This document shows positions 27,719-37,340 of a DNA stretch of 64,000 nt, piece by piece. The DNA lies in the NCBI GenBank assembly GCA_963724295.1, contig CAVRUC010000001.1:159822-223821 (forward strand), written 5' to 3'. The notes under the pieces are model-generated. The model was not told where the DNA came from. It did not search any database and was given only the letters and a program-made list of their open reading frames with translations. Origin of the DNA: an uncultured Chloroflexia bacterium (GTDB lineage Bacteria > Chloroflexota > Chloroflexia > Thermomicrobiales > UBA6265). The translations under genes and the position numbers were made by a program. Positions within the stretch are counted from its first letter, which is position 1; each line of letters begins with the position of its first letter.

Positions 27719-29940
27719 ACGGATTCCTCGACCAGCGGTCGTGCCGGCAACAGCCGGTGCAATGGCGATGGCAGCCACCAGTTCCACTCACCCAGCAATC
27801 GCATGGTCGACGGCACGAGCAGGGCTCGTACCACCGTGGCGTCCAGGAAGACCGCCAGCGCGATCCCGAAGCCAAGCGCCTTGATCAAGACCACGTCGGC
27901 GGTGACGAACGACCCGGCGACCACCACCACCAGCAGTGCCGCCGAGGTGATGATTCGCCCCGATCGCTGCAACCCGACGGCCACCGCCTGCGTGTTGTCT
28001 CCAGTCCGTTCCCATTCCTCACGAATGCGCGAGAGGAGGAAGACCTCGTAGTCCATACTCAGTCCGAAGAGAACGCAGAACATGATCACCGGCAGCGACG
28101 CCTCCACGAAGCCGAGACCGGTGAACCCCAGGAAGCCGCCCAGGTTCCCCTCCTGGAAGACCCAGACCAGGGCGCCGTAGGAGGCCAGGATCGACAGCCC
28201 GTTCATGAGCACCGCCTTCAATGGCAGCAGCACTGAGCGGAACAGCACCAGCAACACCAGATAGGTGGCGGCGACCACGAGGGCGATCGCCTTCGGGAAG
28301 TCGGCGTACATCTCGGCGACCACGTCGACGATCTCGGCCGTGCCGCCGTCCACCTGCACCGTCAGCCCGGGCAGCTCCATCGCTCGCAACTCGGCGAGCA
28401 GCGCCTTGTTCTCCTCGTCGTTCGGCAGGAAGGAGCTATAGGCCACAATCACGGCCGAATTGTCATTGGCGAGCCGACCGGCGCCGGTGCCGACTCCGAG
28501 CCGGTTCAGACCTCGTTGCAGCAGGGCGACCCCGATGGCCTGCTCGCGCGGCAGGGTCGGGGGCGCGATGCTCTGCACCCGGGTCACGCGAGGGTCACTG
28601 GCCAACCTGGCGCCGACGGCGTAGATCGAACCCAGATGCTCCGTGGTGAACAGGTCGCCCGGCGATTCTGACTGCACGACGATCAGGAACGGGGAGATCT
28701 CCCCGGCGCCGAACTCCGCTACCAGCGTGTCGAACGCTTGCCGCGACGGCAGATCGGGGGGCAGGATCGTGGCGTCGGGCGACGAGATATTGACGCGCAG
28801 AAACGGGGACCCGAGCAGCAAGAGCAGCGCCAGCGTCGGGATCAGCACCGCGAGCGGCCGCGCCATCACCGCGAGTGAGAGGCGCACCCAGAACCCGTCC
28901 CCGGCGGTGTCGTCGCGCGGTGGCCGGATGGCGAAGCGATCGATCCTGGTCCCCACCAGCGAGAGCAATGCCGGCAGGAGCGTCAGCGCGGCCACGGTCG
29001 ACCAGGCCACCACGATGACCCCAGCGATGCCGACCGAGCGCAGGAACAGGAAGTCGAACAGTGTCAGACCCATCAAGCCGATCAAGACCGTGGCGCCGGA
29101 GAAGAAGACCGCCTTACCCGCCGTGGCGATCGTCCGCTCGACCGCCAGTGGCACGCTGCCGCCATTCCTCGCCAGCTCCTCGCGGAAGCGCGAGGTGACG
29201 AACAGCGAGTAGTCGACCGAAAGCCCCAGACCGAGCATGGTCGCCAGGTTGAGCACGAAAATCGAGAGGTCGGTCACTCGCGTCGCCGCGAAGATCGAGA
29301 CGAGCACCAGCGTAACCCCGGCCGCCCCGATCGCCAGTGGCATCAACGCGGCGACGACGGAGCTGAATACCAGCAGCAGCGCGATCAGGGCGATGGGGAA
29401 GACGATCACTTCGGCGCGGCGCAGATCGCGCTGGCTCACGGTCTCGATGTCCCGGTAGAAGACGCCCGCTCCCGCGACAGACATCCGTACCTCGTCCTGC
29501 GGCACGAGCGCGGCTTCGAACTCCGGCACCAGGCGCTGCGCGTCTTCCGGTTCGGCAGAGAGCCCGACCACGGCGTAGGCGGTGTCGCCGTCGTCGGAGA
29601 TCAGATTCGGGTCGGTCGTGGGAAGAATGATCCCGGTGACACCCGGCAAGGTCCGGACTCCGGCCAGGGAGCGATCGACCGCGGCCTGGAACGCGGGGTC
29701 ATTGGCCCTCAGCGCCTCGGACTGATAGACGACCAGGAGGGTTGACGGTGCAAACCCGAGCTCGCGCTGCAGCACCTCACGGGCACGCGCGGCCTCCGTG
29801 TTCGGCGAGGAGAAGCCTCCGACTTTCAGCGAACCCGCCACGCGGGGCAGAACCGGGAGCGATAGCAAGAGCGCCGCACCCCAGACGATCAGGATCGCCC
29901 ACCGCCAGCGGTACGCCATCCGGCCGAGCAACGAAAACAT
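27715..29940 (-). CDS. MMPL family (RND superfamily) transporter
   Basis: 741 aa with two 6-TM bundles and large loops. Typical motifs are GLGLSVDYSLFVTSRFREE and LFGLSMDYEVFLLSRIREE. Confidence 0.9.
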   Translation of the reverse strand: MFSLLGRMAYRWRWAILIVWGAALLLSLPVLPRVAGSLKVGGFSSPNTEAARAREVLQRELGFAPSTLLVVYQSEALRANDPAFQAAVDRSLAGVRTLPGVTGIILPTTDPNLISDDGDTAYAVVGLSAEPEDAQRLVPEFEAALVPQDEVRMSVAGAGVFYRDIETVSQRDLRRAEVIVFPIALIALLLVFSSVVAALMPLAIGAAGVTLVLVSIFAATRVTDLSIFVLNLATMLGLGLSVDYSLFVTSRFREELARNGGSVPLAVERTIATAGKAVFFSGATVLIGLMGLTLFDFLFLRSVGIAGVIVVAWSTVAALTLLPALLSLVGTRIDRFAIRPPRDDTAGDGFWVRLSLAVMARPLAVLIPTLALLLLLGSPFLRVNISSPDATILPPDLPSRQAFDTLVAEFGAGEISPFLIVVQSESPGDLFTTEHLGSIYAVGARLASDPRVTRVQSIAPPTLPREQAIGVALLQRGLNRLGVGTGAGRLANDNSAVIVAYSSFLPNDEENKALLAELRAMELPGLTVQVDGGTAEIVDVVAEMYADFPKAIALVVAATYLVLLVLFRSVLLPLKAVLMNGLSILASYGALVWVFQEGNLGGFLGFTGLGFVEASLPVIMFCVLFGLSMDYEVFLLSRIREEWERTGDNTQAVAVGLQRSGRIITSAALLVVVVAGSFVTADVVLIKALGFGIALAVFLDATVVRALLVPSTMRLLGEWNWWLPSPLHRLLPARPLVEESV

Positions 29941-29961
29941 CGATTGGTTCTCTAAACCTCT

Positions 29962-30342
29962 CTAGAGATGTTCCGGAACCGGTTCGCCGATCGCGACGAA
30001 CGTTCCATCCGCCGCTCGTTCGATCCGGCAGATGCGGCGCACCGCATGGCGCTCGAGCGGGCCGTGGATGTGAGGAAATCGCCGCTTGTCGTCCTCATAC
30101 GTCACCGGAGCCGCGACCTGCTCCAGATCGACCTCGAGCACCAGGTATGGCCTCGGGTCGTCCCGGTAATAGCGGTTTCCCACCTCGATCACGAGGTCGC
30201 GCCCGTGCGTGCAGTGGATGAATCCTTCGCCGGAGAACCCGTCCGGCAGGTATTGAGTCTCGTCTTTCTGAGCCAGCCAGACCTCTTCGGGGACGAGGTG
30301 GAGCGTCACCGCCGGTTCTCGCTCACGGCTACTTTCAGGCAT
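29962..30342 (-). CDS. DUF952 family protein
   Basis: GFIHCTHGRDLVIEVGNRYY...YLVLEVDLEQVAAPVTYED....FPHIHGPL. Start at ATG 30342 (MPESS). Confidence 0.7.
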   Translation of the reverse strand: MPESSREREPAVTLHLVPEEVWLAQKDETQYLPDGFSGEGFIHCTHGRDLVIEVGNRYYRDDPRPYLVLEVDLEQVAAPVTYEDDKRRFPHIHGPLERHAVRRICRIERAADGTFVAIGEPVPEHL

Positions 30343-30670
30343 GACGTCGATTTCCCGGCAGCTGCCCAATCCTTCACCGGACCGCACATGTCATCATGCG
30401 GCGCTCGCGACGGCCAAGGGTACATGGCCTGGTCCCGTGTCGTCGCACGACCGCGTTTGAGGTGCATGAGCGGGTCCCGTTTCGTTCCGTCGGAATGACG
30501 ATCCGTCCACGGGCATAGGCTTGCCACGGCCGGCGGCAGCGACGGGCAAAGAATCGCACCCCGAGTGCTCGCGGCATCGAATCTGCGTTTATCGGCGTCG
30601 GAGGCCCGATCAGGACGGCCTCGTCTTCCTTGCCGCCGACCCACCACACGAACCTGTGCTGGAGCTCTCG

Positions 30671-31627
30671 ATGCCCGGATGCCTCGAGTTCGATGCCGCG
30701 ATCGTCGGCGGCGGCCCCGCCGGGCTGGCGGCGGCGATCAACCTCGCCCGTGCCCTGCGCTCGGTGCTGGTCTGCGACCGCCCTCAGCCAGGGCGGTCGG
30801 ACTACCCGCAGGTCAACCACAACTATCTGGGTTTCCCGGAGGGGGTGCCGGCGCGGGAGTTGCGCGCGCGGGGAACGGCGCAGGCGGAGCGGTATGGCGC
30901 GCGGGTCTGTGGTGCCGAGGTGGTGGCGATCAGAAGGACGGCTGACAGGTTCACCCTGGAGGGGTCAAACGGCGAGCGCTACCAGGCGCGCGGGGTGATC
31001 CTCGCCACGGGAGTCCGCGACAACTGGACGCGCTTCCCCGGGTTCGAGGCGTTCATCGGCCGCAGCTTGCACTGGTGCATCGTCTGCGACGGGTACGAGA
31101 TGCGAGGCAAGCGGGTGGTGGTAGCCGGCAACGACGACGATGCGGCGACGATGGCGGTGCAGCTGCGCCGCTTCACGCCGGACGTGACGCTGGTGACCAA
31201 TGACGGCGCGCTGGGGCTGACGCCGGAGGCCGCCGATCGGCTGGCGCGGCGGGACCTGCCGGCGGTGATCGGGCGGATCACCTGCGGGCAGGCGCGAGCC
31301 GGCGAGCCGGGGATGCTAGCGTCCCTGCGGCTGGAGGACGGGCGGGAGCTGCCAGCGGAGCACCTCTTCAGCCATCAAGGGGCAACGCCGCAGACCGCGC
31401 TGGCGCGATCGCTGGGGGTGGCGCTGAGCGGCGGTGGCTACATCACCGTCGATACCGAGCAGCGGACCAGCGAGCCGTTCGTCTACGCGGCGGGGGACTG
31501 TACCCGGTTACTGGCCCACCAGATCGTGACGGCGGCGCACGAGGGTGCGACGGCGGCGCAGACGCTCAACTACGACCTGTTCGAGGCGGACGAGCTCAAG
31601 GACGAAATCGGGGCGAGGGTCGCATGA
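30671..31627 (+). CDS. Thioredoxin-reductase-like NAD(P)/FAD-dependent oxidoreductase
   Basis: FDAAIVGGGPAGLAAAINLARA; CIVCDGYE (redox CxxC); second Rossmann VVVAGNDDDAA; C-terminal YAAGDC. Confidence 0.8.
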   Translation: MPGCLEFDAAIVGGGPAGLAAAINLARALRSVLVCDRPQPGRSDYPQVNHNYLGFPEGVPARELRARGTAQAERYGARVCGAEVVAIRRTADRFTLEGSNGERYQARGVILATGVRDNWTRFPGFEAFIGRSLHWCIVCDGYEMRGKRVVVAGNDDDAATMAVQLRRFTPDVTLVTNDGALGLTPEAADRLARRDLPAVIGRITCGQARAGEPGMLASLRLEDGRELPAEHLFSHQGATPQTALARSLGVALSGGGYITVDTEQRTSEPFVYAAGDCTRLLAHQIVTAAHEGATAAQTLNYDLFEADELKDEIGARVA

Positions 31628-31649
31628 GCGGATCACGTGGTCACCGACT

Positions 31650-32894
31650 CTAGGACCAGTTCTTGTCCGAGCGCAGCTGCAATCGCTTGGCGGCCGCGAC
31701 GATGTCACCCAGATCCACCGGGTCGCTGAACGGATCCTCGTCGAGCTCGGTGACGCGGTTCAGCTCGCGCTGCCAGCGGCGCAGCTCGGCGACGTAGGGC
31801 TCGAACGGGACCCGGCGCAGGTCACCGCCTTCCTCGACCACATCACAGATCCCGTTGTGCAGCCACTCTCCCGAGTGCCAATTGGGCATGTCGACCGCCG
31901 GGAAGAGGCAGACGCCGTGCAGGTCGATCCCCTGCCGCACAGCGGCCAGCGACTCCTCGACGATGTCTTTGAGCCAATCCGGACGGCCGGCGCCCATACC
32001 GCTGGTCTCGCCGACGATCATCGGTCGCCGGTATCGCTCCCAGGCCCAGGTCAGCAGCTCCCCCAGCGGTTTGATGCGAGGGTCGTCGGGCGGCAAGGCG
32101 GCGTGTGGACCCTGCTCGCGAAACTCCATCTGCCCGAACGAGTAGCAGTTGACGCCGACGATATCGAGGATCTCCGGCGCGCCGCCGAACTCCGGGTGGC
32201 GCTTACCGGCGATCACGTCCCAGGCGTAGAACGTGTCCTCGAGCGTCTCCTGCTCAGCCTCGTCGGCGAGGTCAGGCCGGTCCTTCGGCGGGACCACGAG
32301 GATGAGCGGATCGATGTGAACCATACGCGCCTCCGCATCGACCTCGCGGATGGCCTTCACCGCCGCGATGTCAGCCGCGCACAGCGCGAGACGGAGCGCC
32401 CGCCGGTCCTCCTTCGTGTTCCGGAAGGGAGCCGCCCACCCCCACTCCCCACCCATGAAGCCGAAGAAAGTAATCTCGTTGATCGGCGTGAAGAAGTGCG
32501 ATCCCCGCACCCGCGGCACGACGTATTCGGCCGCCGCCCGGGCATACGCGGCGAAGCGCTCGACGAAGTCCGGCGCGAATGGGTCGGCGTCATCGGGATA
32601 GCCGTAGTGGCAAAGATCCCAGATGGGCAGGATCTGATGGCGGTTCATGGCCGCGATGAACGGCTCCAGCGACGAAAAGTCGTAGTCTCCGTCGCGCTCG
32701 ACGAGCGGCCACGGGATCCCCTCACGAGCGACGGCGATGCCCAGGCCGCGGAACATCGCATAGTCCTCGTCCACGTGGTCGGCGTGGCGCGTTTCCTCAA
32801 TCAGATTGCGCCGGCCCTGGTCTCGCCAGTCAAACGTCGAGCATTCGAAGCCCGAGAGAAAGAACGTGGGGAAGATGCCCTCATGTGTAGCCAT
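31650..32894 (-). CDS. TIM-barrel glycoside hydrolase (clan GH-A, GH1-like)
   Basis: FFLSGFECSTF...DEDYAMFRGLGIAVAREGIPW...LCHYGYPDD...TPINEITFF...IVGETSG. Specificity is unknown. Confidence 0.55.
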   Translation of the reverse strand: MATHEGIFPTFFLSGFECSTFDWRDQGRRNLIEETRHADHVDEDYAMFRGLGIAVAREGIPWPLVERDGDYDFSSLEPFIAAMNRHQILPIWDLCHYGYPDDADPFAPDFVERFAAYARAAAEYVVPRVRGSHFFTPINEITFFGFMGGEWGWAAPFRNTKEDRRALRLALCAADIAAVKAIREVDAEARMVHIDPLILVVPPKDRPDLADEAEQETLEDTFYAWDVIAGKRHPEFGGAPEILDIVGVNCYSFGQMEFREQGPHAALPPDDPRIKPLGELLTWAWERYRRPMIVGETSGMGAGRPDWLKDIVEESLAAVRQGIDLHGVCLFPAVDMPNWHSGEWLHNGICDVVEEGGDLRRVPFEPYVAELRRWQRELNRVTELDEDPFSDPVDLGDIVAAAKRLQLRSDKNWS

Positions 32895-33043
32895 GGCCTG
32901 TCCTCCAACGACGAGGACGGGACTATATCGGCGTCGGCCACCGAACGTCGAGAGAGCTACCAGGTCCCTATCTGGAGTTCGCCCAACTCAAACCATGGTC
33001 CTGCCTCACCGCCGGTTCTGAAGAAGACAGGCAAGGTGAAAGG

Positions 33044-34486
33044 TCATGGGCGTCCGTACGAGAGGTGGAACGGTCGTTGCTGATAAGCGTTTCCAACGCC
33101 GTCGGTGTAATACCCGAACGCCGCGAACCGGCGAGGGTCAGCCGTGGAAGGGCGAACCGTGATGTAATCACCCCATCGAGCCTCTGAAGACGCACCGGCG
33201 GTCGATGTCGACGTGTCGCGGAAGTAGACGACAAAGTCGCCGAGAATCCCGAAGCAGGAATTCGGATAATCGCTCGAGCCGCCTACGCCAACGCCGTATC
33301 CCACTTCACCGTTCGCAAGCGCAAGACACCCATAGGCAAATGCGTAGTCCGGGTTCCAAACCTGCCGCTCGTCAATAGTTGTCCAGCTATTCGTCGAGAT
33401 TCGAGCAATTCGAACGTGGGCGTTCGGATACACAGGCGACTCACCTGGTGCACTGGCAGCGGCATCCCATGCCACCCAAATGGAACCCTCATCGGCCAAA
33501 GCAGCTGAGACGTGGGCAACTCCCCGAGTCAACCAGTCCACACCGTCAGGATCCTCAGAATTCAAGTCTGCGTTCGTGGGGAACTGCCCGACCGCGACGC
33601 TGTGGAAACCGTAGGATCCCGCGCCATCGTCAAAGGTCATCACTTCTAGCGACGATGATGTTTCGATGGCTGCCAAATGCACGTTTTGTGGATTTTGTTG
33701 CGAAAGGTGCGAAAACGCGTAACGACGGTCGAGCGGATCCGTATGGCTCCAACTGACCGGTTGACGCTGGTCCAAATCGTCGAGCGAAAGGCTCATCACG
33801 ACCCGCCCTTGCCCGACCAGGTTTGTCGTCATGTAAAGCTGTGTTTCGCTGTAGGCCAGATCCTGGCGGTCGGTCGCTACTCCCGGGAACCCGAGATCGG
33901 AAGATGTAAAGTTGTAGACCGTCCACCCTTGCTCGACGTCCCCCCCAATGTCAGCCGAGTGGGTCACCGCCAATCGAAAGTGCCCCTCGCCTGAGCTTGC
34001 AGATGGATCGTGCTGAAGCATCCAGCAGTACAGATCACGATGAGGAACATGGATCATCACCGGGTCGACCGGGTGACCATTGGCGGCCGGCAGGAAGGCC
34101 GTCGGGCCGTGATCCGTGAAGGAGGCGCCCCCGTCAGTCGACGCCACCAGGTATGAATTACCGACGTAAAGAATGACGCCGTTAGGTGAGTCAGCGCCGC
34201 TTGGATCGGGGGGAACGCGGTTAAATATCCCGGGCAGGCTGGGATCAGTCATTGGGGTATACGATTCGAAGGTGATGGACTGAGGAGGTTCTGGCCCGGT
34301 GGTGGGGACGTTCTCTGTCGCAGGACTCTGCTCGACTGCTGGTCCCTCACCGAGGGGGATTGGTTGCGGCTCGTCCCGATCGAACTCATGCTCGGCACGC
34401 CGGCGGCGTGGCGGCTTGAGCGGTCTCGGCTTGACGTCTTCTACCGTGATAGGTTCCTTGATCTTCCCTGTGGCCAGCTTTGGCAT
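33044..34486 (-). CDS. Hypothetical protein, BNR/sialidase-like beta-propeller with a basic Pro/Lys/Arg-rich N-terminus
   Basis: 480-aa ORF in a visibly less GC-rich stretch. It has the BNR-like motif VASTDGGASFTDHG and no signal peptide. The N-terminus is KIKEPITVEDVKPRPLKPPRRRRAEHEF. Confidence 0.5.
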   Translation of the reverse strand: MPKLATGKIKEPITVEDVKPRPLKPPRRRRAEHEFDRDEPQPIPLGEGPAVEQSPATENVPTTGPEPPQSITFESYTPMTDPSLPGIFNRVPPDPSGADSPNGVILYVGNSYLVASTDGGASFTDHGPTAFLPAANGHPVDPVMIHVPHRDLYCWMLQHDPSASSGEGHFRLAVTHSADIGGDVEQGWTVYNFTSSDLGFPGVATDRQDLAYSETQLYMTTNLVGQGRVVMSLSLDDLDQRQPVSWSHTDPLDRRYAFSHLSQQNPQNVHLAAIETSSSLEVMTFDDGAGSYGFHSVAVGQFPTNADLNSEDPDGVDWLTRGVAHVSAALADEGSIWVAWDAAASAPGESPVYPNAHVRIARISTNSWTTIDERQVWNPDYAFAYGCLALANGEVGYGVGVGGSSDYPNSCFGILGDFVVYFRDTSTSTAGASSEARWGDYITVRPSTADPRRFAAFGYYTDGVGNAYQQRPFHLSYGRP

Positions 34487-34887
34487 AGTTGTCTCCTTTC
34501 GTGACGAGTACCGAGTTTACGCCCGGTTCATCAAAATTGATACCGGAAGCGAAATCCAATGTTGCGAGGTAGCGACTTCGTAACGAAGTCCCGCGAGTCT
34601 TAGACATTCAGGCGTCACATGCTGCGTGCGAGTGAGGCCGTTCGCCGCGGAAGTCAGTGGTCGTGAATCGCCGGTCAACAGCGGACATGGCGAGGCCGGT
34701 TGCCGCCGATCGCGCCGTGGAACCTCTTGCCGGGCGAGAACCACAGGAGTAGAGTGGAATCGAGCCGGGTCGTTCAGGTGAAAACCCCGGCGCTCCCCTT
34801 ACGTCGTCCGGTCGGCCCGCCGCCGTGGCGGCCCCAGCCGGACATCTCTCCCCTCCCGGGTCCCTCGGGCAAGGAAAGGAGACCAAC

Positions 34888-35121
34888 GTGGGACGCATCA
34901 TCGTCGCCAATCGCCGCGGCCATCAGGTCGTAGAGTGGAGTACCACCGACACCGAGGAGGCCCGCGCAACGGTCGAAGAGGCCGAGCGGATCCTGCGCGA
35001 GGCTCGCGCCGCCGGCTGCGCGATATCCAGGAAGGTCGACGGCGTGCACGTCCTCGACCGCGGTGAGTTCGATCCCGACGCCGAGGAATACCAGATCGTC
35101 GCTCCCATCGCCGGCGGCTGA
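34888..35121 (+). CDS. Small beta-grasp (ubiquitin/MoaD/ThiS-like) protein ending in Gly-Gly
   Basis: GTG 34888 lies 6 nt after the strong RBS GGAAAGGAG. The 77-aa product has a predicted beta-beta-alpha-beta-beta-beta order and the C-terminus DAEEYQIVAPIAGG-stop, resembling the MoaD/ThiS tail. Confidence 0.5.
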   Translation: MGRIIVANRRGHQVVEWSTTDTEEARATVEEAERILREARAAGCAISRKVDGVHVLDRGEFDPDAEEYQIVAPIAGG

Positions 35122-35152
35122 TCCGGAACCGGTTCCTTCATCGGCAACGTCC

Positions 35153-35196
35153 CCGCGCCGCGCAGCCAGTCGCCAAACTGGCTGGCGCGGGCGCGG
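35153..35196 (+). promoter_or_regulatory. Intercistronic GC-rich stem-loop between the GG-protein gene and the next gene
   Basis: CCGCGCCGCGCAGCCAG (35153-35169) pairs with CTGGCTGGCGCGGGCGCGG (35178-35196) with two bulges. No T-run follows. Confidence 0.35.
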
Positions 35197-35257
35197 AGTC
35201 ATGTCACGGACTGCCAACGGGCTGAACACCTCCAGTTCGCAACGCCACAGGTGAAAG

Positions 35258-35803
35258 TTGCGGATGACCATGGGCATTTCCGACGCGGCCCGGCGATTGC
35301 TCGACTGGTTGCGCCAGGGGCTAGACGAACCGGACGAACATTTTGGCGTCTTCAGCGGCGCTGATCTGCCGGATGCTCACAGCGACGCCGTGGAGTGGCC
35401 CTGGCGCTATCGCTGGGACCACCTCCCGAAGCGCAGCGCGGGCTTCGGCTTCACCAGCCCCGACTACGATGCGGCCCGGACGCGTGCCGAAGAGATCGCC
35501 CGGCTCACGCTCGGCGACGAGCTGTGGACACGGGTCCGGCGCGTCGGTTACGTCGACCTGCCGTCCCATCGCTTCCCGGGCGTCACCTACCGCCTGCGTG
35601 TCGGCCGCCGCATCGAAGTGCGCTGCGCCCCCGGCGTGGAGCCACCGTGGCGGCAGCCATTTCTCTGCATCAACCCGATCTACCCCTTACCGGAGGCCGA
35701 GTTCTTTGCCCATCTCTATCTCTACGCCCGCGACAACGAGGACGAGCTGATCCGGGTAGCGGCACCGCAACCCTGGGACCAGCCGCTCGGCCGCACCTTC
35801 TGA
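35258..35803 (+). CDS. Hypothetical protein (partner of the GG-terminated protein)
   Basis: 181-aa ORF with protein-like composition (GVTYRLRVGRRIEVRCAPGVEPPWRQPFLCINPIYPLPEAEFFAHLYLYARD). I recognise no family. Confidence 0.5.
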   Translation: MRMTMGISDAARRLLDWLRQGLDEPDEHFGVFSGADLPDAHSDAVEWPWRYRWDHLPKRSAGFGFTSPDYDAARTRAEEIARLTLGDELWTRVRRVGYVDLPSHRFPGVTYRLRVGRRIEVRCAPGVEPPWRQPFLCINPIYPLPEAEFFAHLYLYARDNEDELIRVAAPQPWDQPLGRTF

Positions 35804-35918
35804 GCGCCGCCGGTGCCGTCCAGTATTCGGGGGTGTTATGATCGCCGAAAGCAAGACTTTCCCCATGCCATTGCAGCAGGTCCGGCGGACAGCGGAGTGA
35901 CGCAGGAGGAGTTGCACC

Positions 35919-37223
35919 ATGCGGAACAAGAATGCTGGTCTGTCCCAGGTCGTCAATGAAACCCTGACCGGTCGCCGGTCGCGCCGCGAGGTCGTCCAGC
36001 GGGCAGCCACACTTGGTTTAGCCGCCCCGCTGGTTGCGGCCGGGCTGACGCTGCCCCGTCAGGGCACGGAAGCGGCGGCGCAGGATGCGACACCCGTAGC
36101 CCCACCATCCGGAGAGCCGATCACGATCGGCGCCGCGGTTTCGACGACCGGTTCGAATGGGCGCACTGGTCTCTACCAACAGGAGGCGTACCTGCTCTGG
36201 GAGGAGCAGAAGAACGCGGCCGGCGGCCTCCTCGGTCGTCCGGTGCGGATGGTGCTCTACGACGATCAGTCCGACCCGGCGACCGGTGCCCGCCTGTATG
36301 AGCGCCTGCTGACCGAAGATCAGGTCGATCTGATCCTTGGTCCCTACTCCTCGTCGGTGACGCAGGCGGTCGCCCAAGTCACCGAGCGCGCCGGCCAACC
36401 GATGCTGGCGGCCGGCGCCTCTGCTTCCGACATCTGGGCACGCGGGTACCAGTACGTTTTCGGCGTCTACTCGGTCGCCGAGGATTACTTCAAGAGCATC
36501 ATTCTCGACATCGCCCCGGCCCAGGGCTACACGACCGCCGCCATCATCTATGAAGACACGCTTTTCCCAACATCGACGGCGAACGGCGCGGCCGCGCATT
36601 GTGAAACCGCCGGCATCGAGGTCTTGGTCAACGAGGTCTACCCGGCCGAGGCGACCGACGTTTCCTCGGTGCTGACTAGAGTCCGTGACGCCAACCCGGA
36701 CTTGCTGATCGGCGGGTCTTACCTTCCAGACTCCGTCCTCATCACCCGCCAGGCGAAGGAGCTTGGCGTAAACCCGAAGCTCTTCGCCTTCTCCGTCGGC
36801 GCCGCTCAACCCGATTTCGTGGAGAGCCTCGGCGCCGATGCGGACTACATCCTCGGGCCGTCGATGTGGGAGCCGCAGGTAGAAACGCCCGGCAACGCGG
36901 AGTTCGTCGCCGCGTATGAGGCGAAGTTCGACCGCGAGCCCGATTACCACTCGGCCGCCGGCTATTCCGCCTGCCAGGTGCTCGAAGCCGCCGTCACCCA
37001 GGTTGGCGGGCTCGATCTCGATGCCATCCGCGACGCGTTACGAGCGCTCCAGATGAAGACCGTGCTCCCCGGTCAGTATCAGGTCGATGAGGCTGGCAAG
37101 CAGATCGGGCACATCGCCCTGACTGTGCAGTGGCAGGACGGGGAAAAGCTGATCGTCACCCCCGAGGACTTCGCCGAAGGCGAGCTCCGGCTGCCTACCC
37201 CGCCATGGAATGAGCGCGGCTAG
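35919..37223 (+). CDS. ABC transporter substrate-binding protein (branched-chain amino acid, LivJ/K-like) with a Tat-type signal
   Basis: The signal RRSRREVVQRAATLGLAAPLVAAGL is followed by a type-I periplasmic binding fold (ITIGAAVSTTGSNG...LILGPYSSS). Confidence 0.85.
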   Translation: MRNKNAGLSQVVNETLTGRRSRREVVQRAATLGLAAPLVAAGLTLPRQGTEAAAQDATPVAPPSGEPITIGAAVSTTGSNGRTGLYQQEAYLLWEEQKNAAGGLLGRPVRMVLYDDQSDPATGARLYERLLTEDQVDLILGPYSSSVTQAVAQVTERAGQPMLAAGASASDIWARGYQYVFGVYSVAEDYFKSIILDIAPAQGYTTAAIIYEDTLFPTSTANGAAAHCETAGIEVLVNEVYPAEATDVSSVLTRVRDANPDLLIGGSYLPDSVLITRQAKELGVNPKLFAFSVGAAQPDFVESLGADADYILGPSMWEPQVETPGNAEFVAAYEAKFDREPDYHSAAGYSACQVLEAAVTQVGGLDLDAIRDALRALQMKTVLPGQYQVDEAGKQIGHIALTVQWQDGEKLIVTPEDFAEGELRLPTPPWNERG

Positions 37224-37255
37224 AGTGGATGTGCCAGGCTTTGCGCGGACACGGA

Positions 37256-37302
37256 GGCGTCTGCGTAGCAGGGTCGGCTGAGCTCCGGAGAATGCAGACG
37301 CC
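37256..37302 (+). promoter_or_regulatory. Intercistronic hairpin after the binding-protein gene
   Basis: GGCGTCTGC (37256-37264) / GCAGACGCC (37294-37302), a 9-bp stem with a structured loop. This is typical of differential-expression hairpins after SBP genes. Confidence 0.35.
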
Positions 37303-37340
37303 GTGACCTGTCACGTGTCGCCAGAGGTCTGACCGCTGCG

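Noticed and set aside
34500-34887. Possible riboswitch in the long leader upstream of the GG-protein gene. A GGTCGTGAATCGCCGG segment vaguely recalls the ZTP/pfl motif.
   Set aside because: The 3' pseudoknot partner (CCGCCTGGGC-like) and the other conserved positions are absent. The downstream gene is unrelated to purine or folate metabolism. This cannot be supported without a covariance-model scan.
29971-35136. Shared 14-mer TCCGGAACCGGTTC at 29971-29984 and 35122-35135, which includes the palindrome GGAACCGGTTCC.
   Set aside because: Exact 14-mer matches are expected by chance several times in a 64-kb GC-biased sequence, and there is no extended similarity around them.
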